Assembly (NCBI RefSeq): GCF_037042905.1
Contig: NC_087251.1
Span: 16,184,001 to 16,248,000, forward strand
Direction: 5' to 3'
Origin: Lytechinus pictus
Taxonomy: Eukaryota
DNA: 64,000 bases
How positions within the stretch are numbered: the first letter of the stretch is position 1; every line of letters begins with the position of its first letter. This document shows, piece after piece, positions 1-13,900 of this stretch. The notes beneath the pieces are model-generated. The model was not told the origin of the DNA and did not search any database. It was given only the letters and a program-made list of their open reading frames with translations. Position numbers and translations under genes: made by a program.

Positions 1-903
1 GCAGGAAAATATGGAACGGAGGCAGGCAAGCGAGATAGTGGTCTCCCTCATGGTTGAAGACAAGACAAGACAGCTATGTAAACATAGAGAGAGCCTCACT
101 GCAAACTAAACCAAATTCAAACCCATGTACAATCCACAATACCATAATTACTATTTCCACCCTAAATCATTGGTGTGCAAATACTAGGCTGGGAGCTATT
201 TCCAACTATATCTTTTTATTTTACACATCCATACATGTTGATTTATGACTATGGCTTCGTATTCAAGCTTAGAATCTTATTAAATGCAGCCAGCTAGTTA
301 AACACATTGCATGAAATAAGGAATTTCGGGTGAATAGCACACATCAAATGGCACAAAGTGAAATTGGAAGTTCACTTTGCAACATGATTGATTAATAGAC
401 TGGGGGTGATAATTATAAACTTTTACATGAGAAAATGCATGGAATATATCAATATAAATTGTCAAATAAAAAAGAAGTGAAAGCCTTGAAGTAAAACTTC
501 TATGATACTCCTACATATTTTGTACACCAAATCAGTTCAGCAAAGTTGTGTGAAAAAAGAGGTTACACCCCCTCCCCCCTAAAAAAAATAAAAAATAAAA
601 AACAAGAAAAAAAACAGAAAGAGAGAAAAGTAGACATTAGAGAGAGAGTAAATATGAAATCATAAGACATGGAAGAGTGAGTGAGAGAGAGAAGAAACAA
701 GAAGTGAGATAATGAAAAAGAGAACAGGAGAGATGGAGAGATAGGAAAAAAAAAGTAAAAACAAGAGAAAGGGGGGGGGGGATAATTTAAAATGTCCAAA
801 TTTGGTATCTGAAAATCCAATCTATGATATCATTTATAACAAATAATTTGCATTTCAATTTCTTGTGCCATAACTTGAAAATTTGATTAAGCATCCACCT
901 ATA

Positions 904-1888
904 CAGTGCGTATCAAAAAAAAGTTTACACTTTGAAAAAGCCCTGGGAATTCATAAATATAAATACAACATGTGGGTAATTTTTTCACATATCATTTTAA
1001 GTTTGGGTCTCATCTATCCAATGAAAGTAAAAGTTTTGACAGAATGTTACACTTGAGTGAGCACTGTCCATTTTTGTAAAGCTCGCAGAAATCTGTTTAC
1101 GCAGAAATGCTCGTTTTCACGCTGCGTCAAGGGGAAAGGGCGAAATCAAACTTACCCTGCGAAACATTTCTCATACATTTCCCTTGCACTTTTAGTCAAT
1201 TGAAATAAAACGGATACATTCAAGCATTTTTTAACAATTTTGCCACCCAAATTGAAATTTCAACATTTAGTAAGCGCAACTTTACCCTTTTGTGCCAGCT
1301 GGATCTGAGGACATAACTGAACCTTAACAACAGTTTATATCAAACATCTCCAGCATTTTTTCACTGAGTTTTTATCATTTAAAGTGGGTTTACATTTCAT
1401 TTTTCATGTAATACTTGTTTCTCCACACTTTTCCCAAGCTTGACAATGATTAACAAAATTAAAATCAAGCCTAAGCCATTTCATGTAAATCACAGCTCAG
1501 TGCAAAGCAAATATCGTCTCGATGGCCTCGGTGTGTGGGGGAGTGGGGTGGGGCGCAATGCACTCTTCGAAGTGTTTTGGGCAAGGAAACAAGTTTAACA
1601 AGGTTAAAGATATCTTCAAATCAATTTTACTAGCTAAATTCCATGTTTTCTTCATGATTAAGGTCTACTTTTATTTGCATAACTATTTCAAAGTTCTGCG
1701 AAAATCATTTTTCACGACATTTTCAAAAGTAAGTGGTGCTCGCTCAAGCGGAAATATTTTTCGACAGTTATATCGTCATTTGCTTAAATGGATCTGTACC
1801 AATGTTAAAATGTGGACAAATCTTCAGGATATTACGTATAATTTTACAGGATTTTTTCAAAGTGTAAACTTTTTTTTGATATGCACTG
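904..1888. mobile_element. Non-autonomous Tc1/mariner-type DNA transposon (MITE)
   Basis: About 36-bp TIRs CAGTGCGTATCAAAAAAAAGTTTACACTTTGAAAAA and its near-complement, flanked by TA on both sides; no transposase ORF. Confidence 0.88.
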
Positions 1889-2286
1889 TAGAATGATACC
1901 TTTAAAAAATCAAACATTCCAAATATATATCGGTAATTAAATTTCCAATGATGGGATGATTCACAAGTTTTAATATTGAATTTCAAAACTGCATCATGCA
2001 AACATATCTCACTGCTTTCCTAAAAATCTATTGAATATTTATTTAAACTTAAGGAAAATATGATTCACACATACTGAGAATTTCTTATTGGCTCGAGGGG
2101 ACTGGGATGCGAGGAAGGGATTGACTTCATTTTCCCTTTTTTTTTCTTTGGTTGGCAGAGCAATCAAGAAAATATCACACTCCTGGGCAAAATAGTCTAA
2201 TAGGGTGAGCCCACGTGCACAACATTTACATGAAAAACAAAATGGAAAGTTGTATAACGACTAAACCCTGGAATAAAAGATTTTGG

Positions 2287-2535
2287 TTAGATCGGGGGCG
2301 CTCCCCACGTGGTATTAGCCGTGAATTTGATCTCCTGGAAGTGGGATTCCATTACAAGACCCCCCTCAGGAATCAGTACAGCCGTCGGCTCACAGTCCCA
2401 ATGTTTGCAAATCGTCTTTGTACCAGTCCAGGCACACAATAGGCTCTGGCTTTTGTCGCGGTTCCGTGCTGCGGGGGCGCGACATCTGATACGGGAGCCC
2501 GTTGCACTGGAAGGGTACGATGCTAGTGGCGAGGA
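2287..2535 (-). CDS. Candidate terminal XRN2 exon, 82 aa (SSPLASYPSSATGSR...TWGAPPI*)
   Basis: cattctctctgcag| acceptor; phase-0 entry matches donor at 7742 and opens the 82-codon ORF; GC-rich island. Confidence 0.5.
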   Translation of the reverse strand, partial: SSPLASYPSSATGSRIRCRAPAARNRDKSQSLLCAWTGTKTICKHWDCEPTAVLIPEGGLVMESHFQEIKFTANTTWGAPPI

Positions 2536-5500
2536 CTGCAGAGAGAATGACATCTCAATCGCCCAATCTTTTAACAGTTATCAGGTTAGGCTTTTTTTCC
2601 TTGCTTTGGGAAGAGTTTGAGAGAAATAGTGTGATGTGCTTGAATGAAAGTCAATGGCTTATGCATACAATCTCTTGTGATAAGTAGAGGAATACAAAGA
2701 CTGAATAATTACTTAAACCACCTCAGCTGCACTTGAAGCACAGGCAAACTGATCAGGACCTATGACTTGGCAAATTTGAAATTCCAACAAGGAGTACACC
2801 TCACACCAGGACAGAGTGCTGCACTGCTGGGATGCTAATGGCAGCATTTTAGATACTTTCAATTCATTGATGAATCTTTTGAAGAAGTACCCAACAGTGC
2901 AGAACAAGACCAAGGGTCCCCCAATCAGTCAGTCACTCCCGACGTTTTCACGCTTCATCTCATGAAGCATTGGCCACTCTGACATAAATAGGCACATGAA
3001 TATGCACAGGGCTGGCGTGGGAGATGCGTCACATGCACATAGGGCAACGGAACCCCCACAATAGCCGACTTCTTCCAGACTGAAAACCTTCAGGAAACCA
3101 GTTAGGATTAGAGACTATCGGCTTTCATCAGGGACAAGATACCCCCCTAATCATGATGGAGAGAAGTGAAAGAGGTTGAGAGGAGAAGCTTATAATGAGG
3201 CTCATAACTGACTCTCTTCAAGTTGAAGAGAACAACACCAATCCTTTGCGGCACTTCGCTCATGGCCGCAGACACTTCATCTTAATTTCTATTTTCTCTT
3301 TTCCTGCGAGCGCATGTTTTTTATGTATTATCATCAGAGTGGCCCCTACGAAGGCTGCTCATGTCAAAGGACAGAAATACCTGTTGGCTCTGCTCCTGTG
3401 GGGGTGGGGGTGATTTTTGACAAGTGGAGCTGCAAATATAGAGGGGGGGGGGTGAAAGTTGAGATACATTACCTATAGTCATGGTAGAAAGAAATAAGGA
3501 GTGTAATTACAGCAATTTGCTGGTGTAGGTTTACGGGCATAAAAGCGCTCCAGTGCCCGCTCTTGAATCTCAAGGACTTGTGGGGATGCGTAGCTAATGG
3601 CATACACAACCACAAGTACCTACTTGTGCGCTTCCTGGCAGGGGAGAGACGAAATTTCATTGGCCCCTCCAACTCGTGTGCTCGGGGATGCCCGATCTTG
3701 GCATACGCCACAGCGATTTTTTGCCCTAAAATGCTACGGCAAACCCGGGTATCATCAGTGATTACTAAATAATAAAATTTGCTCTAAATTCAAATTTAGC
3801 ACTTTGAAAAAAAAATTGCCCTCTCATTTATTGAAATCAGGGGCTCAGAGCTATTCAGAATATCAGTCAGGGCAAGCTCCAAAGAAAACATTGAACTTTT
3901 CTTACGCGCCTCCATTTTATCAAGAATTGTTTATTCAAGGATGCACAGGAAATGGCACAAATTCAGCCCTCTGGATTTATCAAAACTTTACCAACAAAAA
4001 AAATACAATAACAATGGTTCAAAACCCAGAGGAAAAGTGAGATACAAATCAAGTACTGAGCTGGATGATGTTAGATCATAAATTTCAGATCAACTTGACA
4101 AATACACTCACTGTCTCGAATGATCTAAGAGTGTCATTAACAATATCTAGTTATAAAGGCCTTATTGTTGACACGAAAGCATGCAAACATGATCATATAA
4201 ATCAAAGCAAGCTGACAAAACTTACATGTACTGGTATTATCCACAATGCAAATCACACGAAAGGCATACGACAAAACAAAGTTAAAGCTAATTTATTGAC
4301 ATTATCATAGTCTCGGTGTAATATCTATACTGCTATATCAATTTATGAAAACTGTCTGGGGTTGTTTGATTGTGCCAACTAGTAAGAACAACTTGTACAT
4401 GTACATTGCAGACCACTTTCTATCACTTTTATTTACATTACATCAACTAAAGTTATTAGATATAGAGGTTGATGAAATTTCTGACTTTTAATGCACATCT
4501 TTTTTGTGCAAATTGTATTCTCTGTCAAACAAATTGACAAAATGATTCAAAATAGGGCCAATACTCACTTTATTCGAGTTTATCATAAAACTTTGATCTC
4601 ACATTTTGGCACTTAAAATTTCACTTGTTCATAAAATTATAAAAAAATAAAAACTTTTAAAATGCCCTGACAATCAAACGAAAATGAATTTAAATTTAAT
4701 GAATATAACTGAACTGAACGCTAAATAGAATAAAAAATATATATTTTATTTATTAAATGGAATTTGGAAGAATTGTTTTGGTTTGATCCCAGTATACTTA
4801 AATTGGTGGTTTGCATTATTCTGTATTGACTAATTTCCCCAACACTTCTCTGGTTGTAATTTTTTTTTCTTTCTTCTTCTTCACATCTGAAGTTCACATT
4901 CTGTATTACCCTCATTTCATTTATTGGCACAAAGAGAGTTTAGAACACTGTTTTAGCTATGATGTAACAAGATAATATTCACATGGGGAAACTATAAAGA
5001 CAAGGAAGGTGAAATCCTGGAATCCAGTCACATAAGGACAGGACTGGTAAATCAAAGTTATTATTTAACTTCAAATTACGGCAAACTGAGCACGACACAG
5101 CTAATCGGGAAACGCTTACCCTTATATTTTACAGGGATGCGATTTGATTTCAGCCTTCTTTAAATCAGTGTGTTCAAACTTGGCTACATGACAATTAATG
5201 AAGATAAGTAGCCGGTAATTGGAGCTGAGAAGTTGAAATTAAACAGGTAGTATGCATGTATTTCTGCTGGTTGGAGTGGGCCAATAGGATGTTAATAGCT
5301 GATTAGTGTGGTTTCTATTAGATTATACATGATTAAAAGCTTCATGTATGTAACACTGTAGTCAAACCATGCAAACAATATAAGTACAAATACATCCTTG
5401 TGTATGCGCATACATATTCTGTACAATATGCATGAAATAAAATAACACCTTACTAAAAAGCAAAATTAGAAGAAAATTTAACTGATTTTTTTCTTCAAAA

Positions 5501-6749
5501 TTTATTCCAAATGAAAAAAATGGGACCATGAAATCGGAGAATAACAATATCAGGATTATCATTTGACAGCTGTTTGCTTCTGTGTGTATAAGTGCACCAC
5601 TGTGCACTACCTAAGACAAAATTGTAGAAACTTGTGTAAAACACTTTTTCAAAAGATAGTCCACAGTGCAATACACTTCCATTTTGAGCATATCCCGGAT
5701 AATCATAATGCTCATTGTGATTCTACACAGATCAAAGCTGTTAATTTGAGAGGAAGTAGAATACTGAAATAAAGTTGAGAAATTGACTGTTGATTCTGTA
5801 GGTAATAGCTGTTACAACCATCTCATTAAGTGGATTGTCTGAATTTATGGAAGTTGATAAAACATTGATCAAAAGGACTGAAAATCAACATGGTGCATTT
5901 CATTGATACTTTTCTACCCTCGAATCATGGTTTTTGAAGATATTTAATTCAATTCTGGTCGGTCGTAAAAATAAACATTTCAAAATTCAAACATAACATT
6001 ATGAAAATGATGCATTTTGAAAGGTGATTTGGCAAAGAGCAGAAAATAAAAGTTAAATCAAACACAACAAAGATCTAAATAGTGATTCATAAATAGTCTT
6101 TCTAGTAGTTTTCTACCAGCTTGGGCCCGAGAAACTTGATTAAATGCACCTTTAGAATAAACCACTTTTATACAAGTGTCTCCCTAGATCTTACAACCTG
6201 AATAAAAATGTTGCCCAGGCCTTAAGTCTTGGCCTTGTGCCTAAAAGTGACATCAAAGATAAATTCTAATGCGAGTTTACTTTCACACATCAAACAATAA
6301 ATGATTATCAACCATGAATTAATAAGTGTGAAGTGAGAGTGCACCTTTGCTACAACAACAAAGTAAAATAATGCTCTTCGAATAGCTTGAAATGTGCCCT
6401 TATTACCAGACTTTTCTGATGTTAATGTACATTGTAAATGTCTGGCATTTAATTGTCAAATTTATTTCAAAGGTTCCCATCCTTTCTACCATTAAACAGC
6501 GCAAATCCCCACCTCTTGCATTAAGTGTGATTCTACCTTTAAAATCTTTAAAGCAGTATGCAAGTGTACTTTAGGTGATACTATCTGTGCTACTCTATCC
6601 TTGAGGTACTTTAATGTAGTATTTAGAATCCATGAAGTGCTCATTATATTTGTAATATCCTTTTGAAGTACGCTACTTCCTCCCCTCCCTCTACAACACT
6701 GAATGAAGCATGCAGTGGAAAGGCAAAGAATATGGAAACATTGTATTCA

Positions 6750-7240
6750 AAAGTTTAGCAATATTTTGTGAAAATAGTTAATGCACGTCATCATGAATAT
6801 TCATTATTTGGGCTGATGATGTCACATCCCCACTTTCCCTTTTCTTATGTTATAACATGAAATCATAATTGTTTCACTTTTTCATACTTTTAATATATGT
6901 GAATAATGTGTCTCCTTTATAATGAAATAAGTTGCAGCAATGAATATCTAATGCACTAAATCAGTTCTCAATCCAATTTTTAAGCTCTTGGTAGAAAAAA
7001 ATTTAATAAACCTAATTTCGAATAATAAAATACAAAAGAACAAGTGGGGATATGACATCATCAATTTGCTCATTGAATATTCATGAAGACATGCCTAGAA
7101 CTGTTTCACCAGAATAATGCAAATCTTTTAAATGCCATAACTTTGTTATTTCTTGACCGATTTTGATCAACTTTTCAGTGTTTAGTTTGTCTGATTTTGC
7201 TTTGTTTAAATCATATTATTTTCAGCCCGGAACATCCCAT
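6750..7240. mobile_element. Partial copy of a dispersed TTAA-type non-autonomous element (same family as 23839-24358)
   Basis: Near-identical text to 23908-24358 (gtttagcaatattttgtgaaa...ttcagcccgga.catccc.ttaa). Confidence 0.7.
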
Positions 7241-7741
7241 TAAGTCTGATTTTAATAACATTTTCATATCCATGAACACATGATTGTTAGTATGCACCAG
7301 TCAATATGGGAAATTTCCCATTTATTTTAGGTGATCCTCATGCATTTGCCAGTGCTCAATTTGGTGCTCAATCATGCGTGTGTCAATCATGTGATGTGTT
7401 TTGATTTTAAAATGGAAAATTAATACAAACTGGAGTGATTTAAAAAAAAAACTATAAAAGAATTACAAGGTGCATATTCTTTTTAATGGTAAAATTAGTA
7501 TTGAAAAAAATACTCTACACTACCAACAAGGAAAATATTAATTTTAATAAAAAATTCCTTGGATTTATTATTGTTTAGGGGTAAAGAGATATAATGAAAT
7601 GAAAGAGAAAAGAAAGGCAACATGTAGAGAATTTATTCTGCAGGTATATGCTGTGCTAATTTCCTTTTCAATTCATCAATATATGCACTTTTGGAACTAG
7701 ATTTTTTTTTTTTTTCATAATTTCAATCATTAATGTCTCAC

Positions 7742-7970
7742 CTGCCAGTCCTGATTCCTATTATCTCTGTTGCCATATTGATTTCCTCCACCTCCTCGTT
7801 GGTAGCCCTGACCTTGTCTCGAGCCCCCGTAGCCCTGCTGTTGGTTATAACCACTATATCCTTGGCTGCTATGTCCCCCATAGCTCTGGGAGCGTTGATG
7901 CTGGTTCTGGTGGTACGCCTGACCCTGCGACTGCTGGTTGCGGTTCCATCCTTGATTGGACTGTTGATTT
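7742..7970 (-). CDS. XRN2: XRN2 tail exon [21 protein letters not shown]...[11 protein letters not shown]
   Basis: ttttttccag|..|gtgaga, 229 nt, phase 2-0; Q/G/N/Y-rich; read-through gives VRH*. Confidence 0.87.
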
Positions 7971-10900
7971 CTGGAAAAAACAAAGAAACACAAAATAGAA
8001 AGATTTCATAATCTAATAATAATATATAGCATTTATGAGGTGCCGGTTATCTAGTTGCCAATTTAATGGCGCACAATACATCACCTCGGCTTAAGCTCCA
8101 GCTGCTAAAGGCGCTTGGTGCATTCAAGGAATTAATCCTGCCGGGTGCTCTTCCACCTCACCTGGGTTGAGTGCAGCATAATGTGGGTAAATTAAAAACT
8201 TTACAAAACTTAAATTTACAAAATTTACAACTTTCTTTGATTCAACGATACAGCATCATATTGTATTTAAGGTAAATTTTGAGAACATGACAGAAGGTGA
8301 ATAGGACACAAGATTCTGATAAAAATATATCTATGCATGCTTCGTCCTACATGCTATATATATACAGTGCGTCCCAGAAAAAACGAAACCGAGATTAAGC
8401 GATGATTTATCATAACTTAATCACAAATACAATAGACAAATGACCTACCAATGTAAAGCTTAGAATCTCCTCTTTCATCTGATCTTACTTAGATTATTCC
8501 CCATTCACGCATGAGTGAGCAAAAAAAATTTGAAGAAAGGATACCAAAAACTCATTTGGTATCTGAATTTCAAAAAGAAAATCACATGCCTAAAAAGTTC
8601 AATATCTGCTCTTTTATTTGATACCTTAATCACAAAAAATGGTCAAGAAGTAAAAAAGTTATGTTCCCTCGAAACAGTGCTAGTAATTCCATAATTTCAT
8701 TAAATAAACGTGTTTTCACTGGTTTCCCACAGAAGCTATCGCATGGATAACAAAAGACTTAATGCATGGCTGATCGTCAACAAAACGGAGTGTCAAGTGA
8801 GTTTGAACGCTAGCCTGTAGAACCTCTTAATTTTATGAAACTATTGAAATTCAAGCCTTATTTCAAATAACCAGAACTTTGTCATTTCTTGACCATTTTC
8901 TGTAACTGAGGTATCAAATTAAAGAGCAGATATTGAACTTTTAAAAAATGTGGTTTTCTTTTTGAAACCCAGATACAGCCTGCCAAATGACTTTTTGGTA
9001 TCCCCTCTTTAAATTGTTTTTGCTCACTCATGCGTGAATTAGAAATAATCTAAGTAATTTCAGATGAAAGAGGAGATTCTAAGCTTTACAGTGGTAGGTC
9101 ATTTGTCTATTGTATTTGTGATTAAGTTATGATAAATCATCGATAAATCTCGGTTTCGTTTTTTCTGGGACGCACTGTATATAGACTAAGATTGGCTTAG
9201 TAATTATTGCATATATTTTTTATTGATAAATATACATGTCATTTTTGTACTTTTAAGGCACACAGAGAGAGTCTTGTCTATAAGCACTTTATTAATCAAT
9301 CTTTATCATTTCTAATTTTCTATTTTCTAGAATGTACTTCATTTTGATTCAAAATAAAGTATTTGAAATGTCAATTTTTAATGCCACAATATTTAAAGGT
9401 CAAGTCCACCCCAGAAAAATATTGATTAGAATAAACAGAGAAAAATCTAACTAGCATAACACTGAAAATTTCATCAAAATCGGATGTAAAATAAGAAAGC
9501 TATGGCATTTTAAAGTTTCACTTATTTTTTTCACAAAACAGTGATATGCACAACTCAGTGACATGCAAATGAGTCAGTAGATGATGTCTATCACTCACTA
9601 TTTCTTTTGTTTTTTATTGTTCGAACTATACAATATTTCATTATTTACAGATTTGACAATAAGGTCCAACTTGACTGAACCATATAGTATTAAACAATGC
9701 TTATTATATATTTCATATAACAAAATACAAAAGAAATAGTGTGGATGACGTCACCAGTCTCCTCATTTGCATACCAACCAGGTTGTACATATAACTGTTT
9801 TGTGAAATTAATCAAAACTTTAAAATGTCATAACTTTCTTATTTTACATCCGCTTTCGATGAAATTTTCAGTGTTATGCTTGTTGGATTTTTCTCTTTTT
9901 ATTCAAATCAACTTTTGTTGGGGTGGACTTGTCCTTTAAAGCTGAATAAAGGCTAACAAATGACACATGAGTACACCAGTTATATAAATTGAAGAATTAT
10001 ATCCAAAACATTATTAGTCAAACACATTTCAGATACAGTATACAGCAAATGAAAGTACATGTATCACCCTTGGTGACAAAAATGCATGAGAAAAGATATA
10101 ATAAAAAAAATACAAACAAAATTGCTAGTAAAGAACACAGAGATGTTTCAGAATCTAGAATGGGTTATTTCTTGGGAAGCTGCATGAAAATAAACATAAG
10201 ATGGTAAACACCATCATAAAAGAAAAATATGAATATTTGTACTAAAACGTATTGCAGTAGCTCAGAGCTTTGAGCATTTACTGAAATATGAGCATTCAAA
10301 CAATTAGTGAGCACAATATAAAGCAGAGAGAAAGAAAGAGAGAGAGAAAAAAAAGGAAGAGATAAAGACAAAACATTTGTCATCAATACTGGTGCTTAAA
10401 ATTGCCTTGAGTCATTCTACTTTCTCTCTGCCCTGCCCTTCTTCCCATCCCCATGGCAACAGGGCTGAAAGCCGATATTGGGCGCCAGGACTAGGGCCTC
10501 TTCAAGCCACTTCACTGCAGAAAATTTCAAGGTTCAGTTCTACCAACCAGCAAAATATTCTCCTTCTCTTGGGCCAAGTGAGCGCACACTTGCCGCCGCG
10601 TTTTGAGTTCAAACAGTTTCCTGCACAGTTTAGGGTATAACTATGAGCAATATGAATCTGCTATGGAATTTAATGCAATAAAAACAATGACAATGGCAGT
10701 AGGATTTGAATTTAATTTCTTTTATGGGGACAGAGACTAACCAGGGTAAAACCAATATAAGGCATTTGCATTGAATATTATGCCTACTCTGACTATGATA
10801 CAATAGTTGTATCATTTGTAAGTTTTAACAGAATAAATGCCATCATATATATTAAGTCATCAACGGTCAAACAGAAAATGTGAAGTTAAAGAAGCAAATC

Positions 10901-13900
10901 ATTTGCCACAGAGAAGTACTGGGGAATACTGAAAAAGATATCATCAATATCACAAATTAAAATATGACATAGAAAACAAAACCAGAGGTACAAAGAGCAA
11001 GAGCAAAAGAGAAATATATATATATTTGTGTTAGATAGATATCGTGATAGAGGAAGGATATACTGAAAATATTTACACTTTCAAGAAAAGAAAAAAAAAT
11101 CAAGCATTTAGATGGGTAGTCCCTTCACCAGCTGTACTTTTAACCCTCTAACATTTCACCACCTGTGTCTTTAATGACTAAATCTATATAAAAGGGCATT
11201 TAAAGCCAAAGTCTGTTATCCTAGTGGTAAACCAACAATTTTAAGTGAAAACCTATACATAAAAAAATCAGGGTAAGCTATGCTCACATTACAATGTTAA
11301 GTTCTGGCAAAGTAAAAACTAACTGTCTTCTTTAGCAACCACCTGTTTAGAAGGGCCACCTGCGGATACAAAGTAATTTTTCCTTGAATGGTATTACCAA
11401 TTGAAATGTATTATAGGAACCTGTCTAAGAAAGACGACCTACTCATAAAGACCATAGCTGGAATTTATCTTTAAAATGCGTTAATTGCATCGAATAAAAA
11501 AAACTAAAACAGAAAGAACACCTGGTAGTTGAGTACCTTTGGAAGAAGTATCTATTACATATTGGTAACCCTCAATTAGATCAATAACTTCAATATGCAT
11601 TCTCAAAGAGGGTTAAAAACAAAACAATACAACAACCTCCAACATGAAACCGAACAACTAACAATAACTTAAAAATACCATGAACTTTGGTAACTAATGC
11701 CTTTTGGAAATGCAAGCAAATGTCAAGTATTTTACAATAACAATTAGTTACAAATACAGGGTGCTACATAAGCACTTGCCCGATTGCCCGGGGCAAGTAA
11801 ACGTTAGAGTCGGGCAAGTGTTTTGAAGTAAAGACCAAAACTACTTGCCCGAATAGGGCAAACAAAATTCTCACAGTAGAATGACAAAAATTTGGGTCGA
11901 TATATTGTGATATTGACCCTAATTTTGCTCATGGAAGGCAAGATAAAATCACTTTAGAAAAATAAATGCAATAACAAGGTAGATAAGTTCATGTCAAAAG
12001 AGAGAAAAAGGTCAATGGTTTATAAAACTGCAAAACTTTCTTTTGAAGAGGTAAACTTTTTTTTTCAAGGATTTTTTCGGGCAAGTGAAATAGATTTTTG
12101 GGCAAGTATATTCCAACTATTAAAAAATGTCCTTGCCCAACCGGGCAAGTGCTTCTAAAAAGTTATGTAGCACCCTGCAAATATCCTTTAAAATTTCTAC
12201 AATAGTATTAGTTTTACAATAGAAGACTTGACAAGACAAGGAGAAAAGCTGTTGTAATTTGAGAGGCAAAGAACATATAGCAACTCATTGTAAAGTCCAT
12301 CCTTCACAAACAAAATACACTTGATAAACTGCATTTTCTTGTAACCTGGGAACACAATAGCCCTTTTCCTTTCCTTCTTCCTGAAGTTCCATGATGAGGT
12401 TTGTGCCCAGTTTGATTCTGATTTCCCCACCTCCTAGGTACCCACCATCCGACTTGCGTCCTATACCATAGTTGCCATGGCAACTGTATTGAAAGGAGAT
12501 AGTGGCTCACTGCACGAGGACCACTTCAGTTGAAGCGTGAGACGAATGTAAGGGTTCCGATCCCTGGCCAGCATCGCTATGCCCGAGAATAGCTTGGGGG
12601 AAGTGTATACCATAAAGCAGTGAAAAAAAACGAGGGTATACGACCTCCAGTGAGAGAGCTTGAGATAGTTGGGGTAGTATTGCAAATTTAATTGCACATA
12701 CATGTATAATCTCTAAACTGTGTGATGGCTCTATCTACTCTATTCTTTAGAAGCAATAATAATAATAAAAAAGAGGATAATTTCACTAAATACAACACTG
12801 CATTGTGACCATTGTAAATATACCAACTTACAACTAGGCACATAGTCATAAGTTAGAATTGTGGTCTTGCTTGAGCAGGAATCATCCACACGTTTTTTCA
12901 TTAAAGTTGAATTAAGAAGGGGGTGAGTTTCCATAAATATAGGTTCTAAATACAATATATAGTATATATAAGTTGTTCAAACACATAGCATGTCACAATA
13001 ATCCTCTGCCTTCTCGATATTTTGCTTTGAAAGTCTATGAAATTAGCCACCTGTCAGAGCCCGAGAGACGAGTGTACAGAAAAGTCACTCGGAGTGTGAC
13101 GTCACCGGGGGGAATTTAGTATAAGAGGTGCCTGAATGTCATACAGAAATGCTATGCAGAGAGAGAAAGATATTTTACAATTTTTTTTCAAAGCAACTCA
13201 AATCAAACAAATAGGACTGATATGTACAAATCTTTACTTTCCCTGTATAAAAAACAGTATGAATAACCACCATGAACTCTTCAATCATGATGTAAGATAG
13301 CAAACAGTGAGTTATTGAATGATATTTTCAATATATATTTTCAATATATGTTCAATCAAGTGAGTAGCTGGAAAGTAATTCCGGCGGCTAGCTCAGCGCG
13401 CGCTGAACGCATAATACTAGTACACACAACACCCAGGCATTGAGTGTACTGTTTTGGTCTGGTATGTCGACTTAGTTCATGGCCGTGTAGCGATCCCCTG
13501 GCGTTTTTTCTTCTTTTCTTTTGTCTTTGACTCCACTTTTATATCCTCTGGATCATTTCCACTCATAGCTCATTCCACAGAACAATCTTGAACCAAACGT
13601 ATAGTATTCTTTCTCGGCCTTCTGAGTTGTTTTCTATATTTAATTACGCTAGGGGTCACCGTCACACATACAAACGCAATTCGGAAGTGAGTTGAAGACA
13701 GAAAGATATATAGTAATTAGTATACATCTCTATGGTTGAAGACAACAAGAACGGTACGGTAGCTCGACAGCTAGCTGCGCCGGAGCGGGCGGCCGGTCGG
13801 CACAAAGCAATTCCGCAACCAACTGTGTTTTTTTGCAAGAGCCGCGTCACACGCGAATAAATATGTCATAATAACACGTCTGCTACGTTATCGACTGGTG

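Noticed and set aside
1522..1896. 124-aa ORF in the Tc1-like MITE (also 60339-60698 and 9739-9939 in the Kolobok-like copies)
   Set aside because: No transposase motifs; AT-rich chance ORFs
7733..8011. Plus-strand hydrophobic 92-aa ORF (similarly 50719-50997 and 46460-46744)
   Set aside because: Antisense shadows of minus-strand exons
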